A DNA stretch of 32,000 bases from Pseudodesulfovibrio mercurii. Its GTDB lineage: Bacteria; Desulfobacterota; Desulfovibrionia; Desulfovibrionales; Desulfovibrionaceae. A program made the position numbers and the translations under genes. Below the pieces are notes generated by a model, which did no database searches, was not told the DNA's origin, and saw only the letters and a list, made by a program, of their open reading frames with translations. Shown piece by piece: positions 31,672 to 32,000 of the stretch. Numbering within the stretch: position 1 is the stretch's first letter; each line of letters begins with the position of its first letter. The DNA is taken from positions 2,490,001 through 2,522,000 of the forward strand of contig NC_016803.1 of assembly GCF_000189295.2 (NCBI RefSeq), read 5' to 3'.

Positions 31672-32000
31672 CTACTTTCTCTTGGCGTCGGCGTCCTTGA
31701 CCTCCACCGCGAAGATGGTCGTGGTGGCCGAGGCGAAGGTGTCGTCGATCTCGATGACGCAGCTCTTGTTGTACTTCTCGAAGGTCAGGAACTGGACCGA
31801 GCTGGCCTTGTTGTTGGACACCAGGGTCCAGTTGTCCTTGGTCATGTTGTTCAGGAAATACTGGACCAGTTCGGGAATCTCCACGCGGCCCTTGAACTTC
31901 ATGATCGAGGCGCGGAACTTGGCGTTGTCCAGCTTGTAGGAGCCGTCGTTGACGTAGCTGATCTCCTTGGGGATCATGATGTCGTCGAAGTCGAGGTAGT
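31672..32000 (-). CDS. Hypothetical protein, 3' part (5' end outside the window)
   Basis: The frame stays open to the window edge (...YLDFDDIMIPKEISYV...). The stop lies 1 nt before the coaBC ATG. GC looks lower than in neighbouring genes. No family recognised. Confidence 0.45.
   Translation of the reverse strand, partial: YLDFDDIMIPKEISYVNDGSYKLDNAKFRASIMKFKGRVEIPELVQYFLNNMTKDNWTLVSNNKASSVQFLTFEKYNKSCVIEIDDTFASATTTIFAVEVKDADAKRK

Overview
GC-rich bacterial chromosomal window with strong G/C third-position bias. Gene content resembles a Desulfovibrio-like deltaproteobacterium, but that taxonomy is only an inference. All family assignments come from motif recognition by eye, not from database searches.

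Left to right the window holds:
- the 3' part of a C-P lyase phosphonate operon (phnJ fragment, phnK, phnL, phnM), followed directly by the phosphonate ABC importer phnCDE;
- a ~500-bp spacer full of repeats;
- a plus-strand DUF429 / ChaN-PDZ lipoprotein / secreted-protein operon;
- a minus-strand TetR-MFP-RND efflux operon;
- a TetR-DUF2867 pair with twin palindromic operators;
- a compact minus-strand cluster of MATE, larE, larB, larC (N-terminal domain only), a DUF3431-like gene and an FtsX/MacB-type permease, with a divergent MarR gene;
- an AT-rich spacer followed by a small HTH plus acidic-protein cassette;
- pfk and a heptose-7-phosphate kinase;
- parB, an opposite-strand zinc-ribbon gene, parA and two perfect parS sites;
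- a UDP-sugar epimerase and a coaBC operon.

No rRNA, tRNA, CRISPR array, transposase or integrase was seen.

The most unusual piece is the nickel-pincer-cofactor gene set. It has no larA, its larC is truncated, and it sits among exporters and a DUF3431-like gene. Other oddities are the interrupted parA/parB pair, a MITE-like repeat family present in at least two inverted copies, and the AT-rich HTH cassette.
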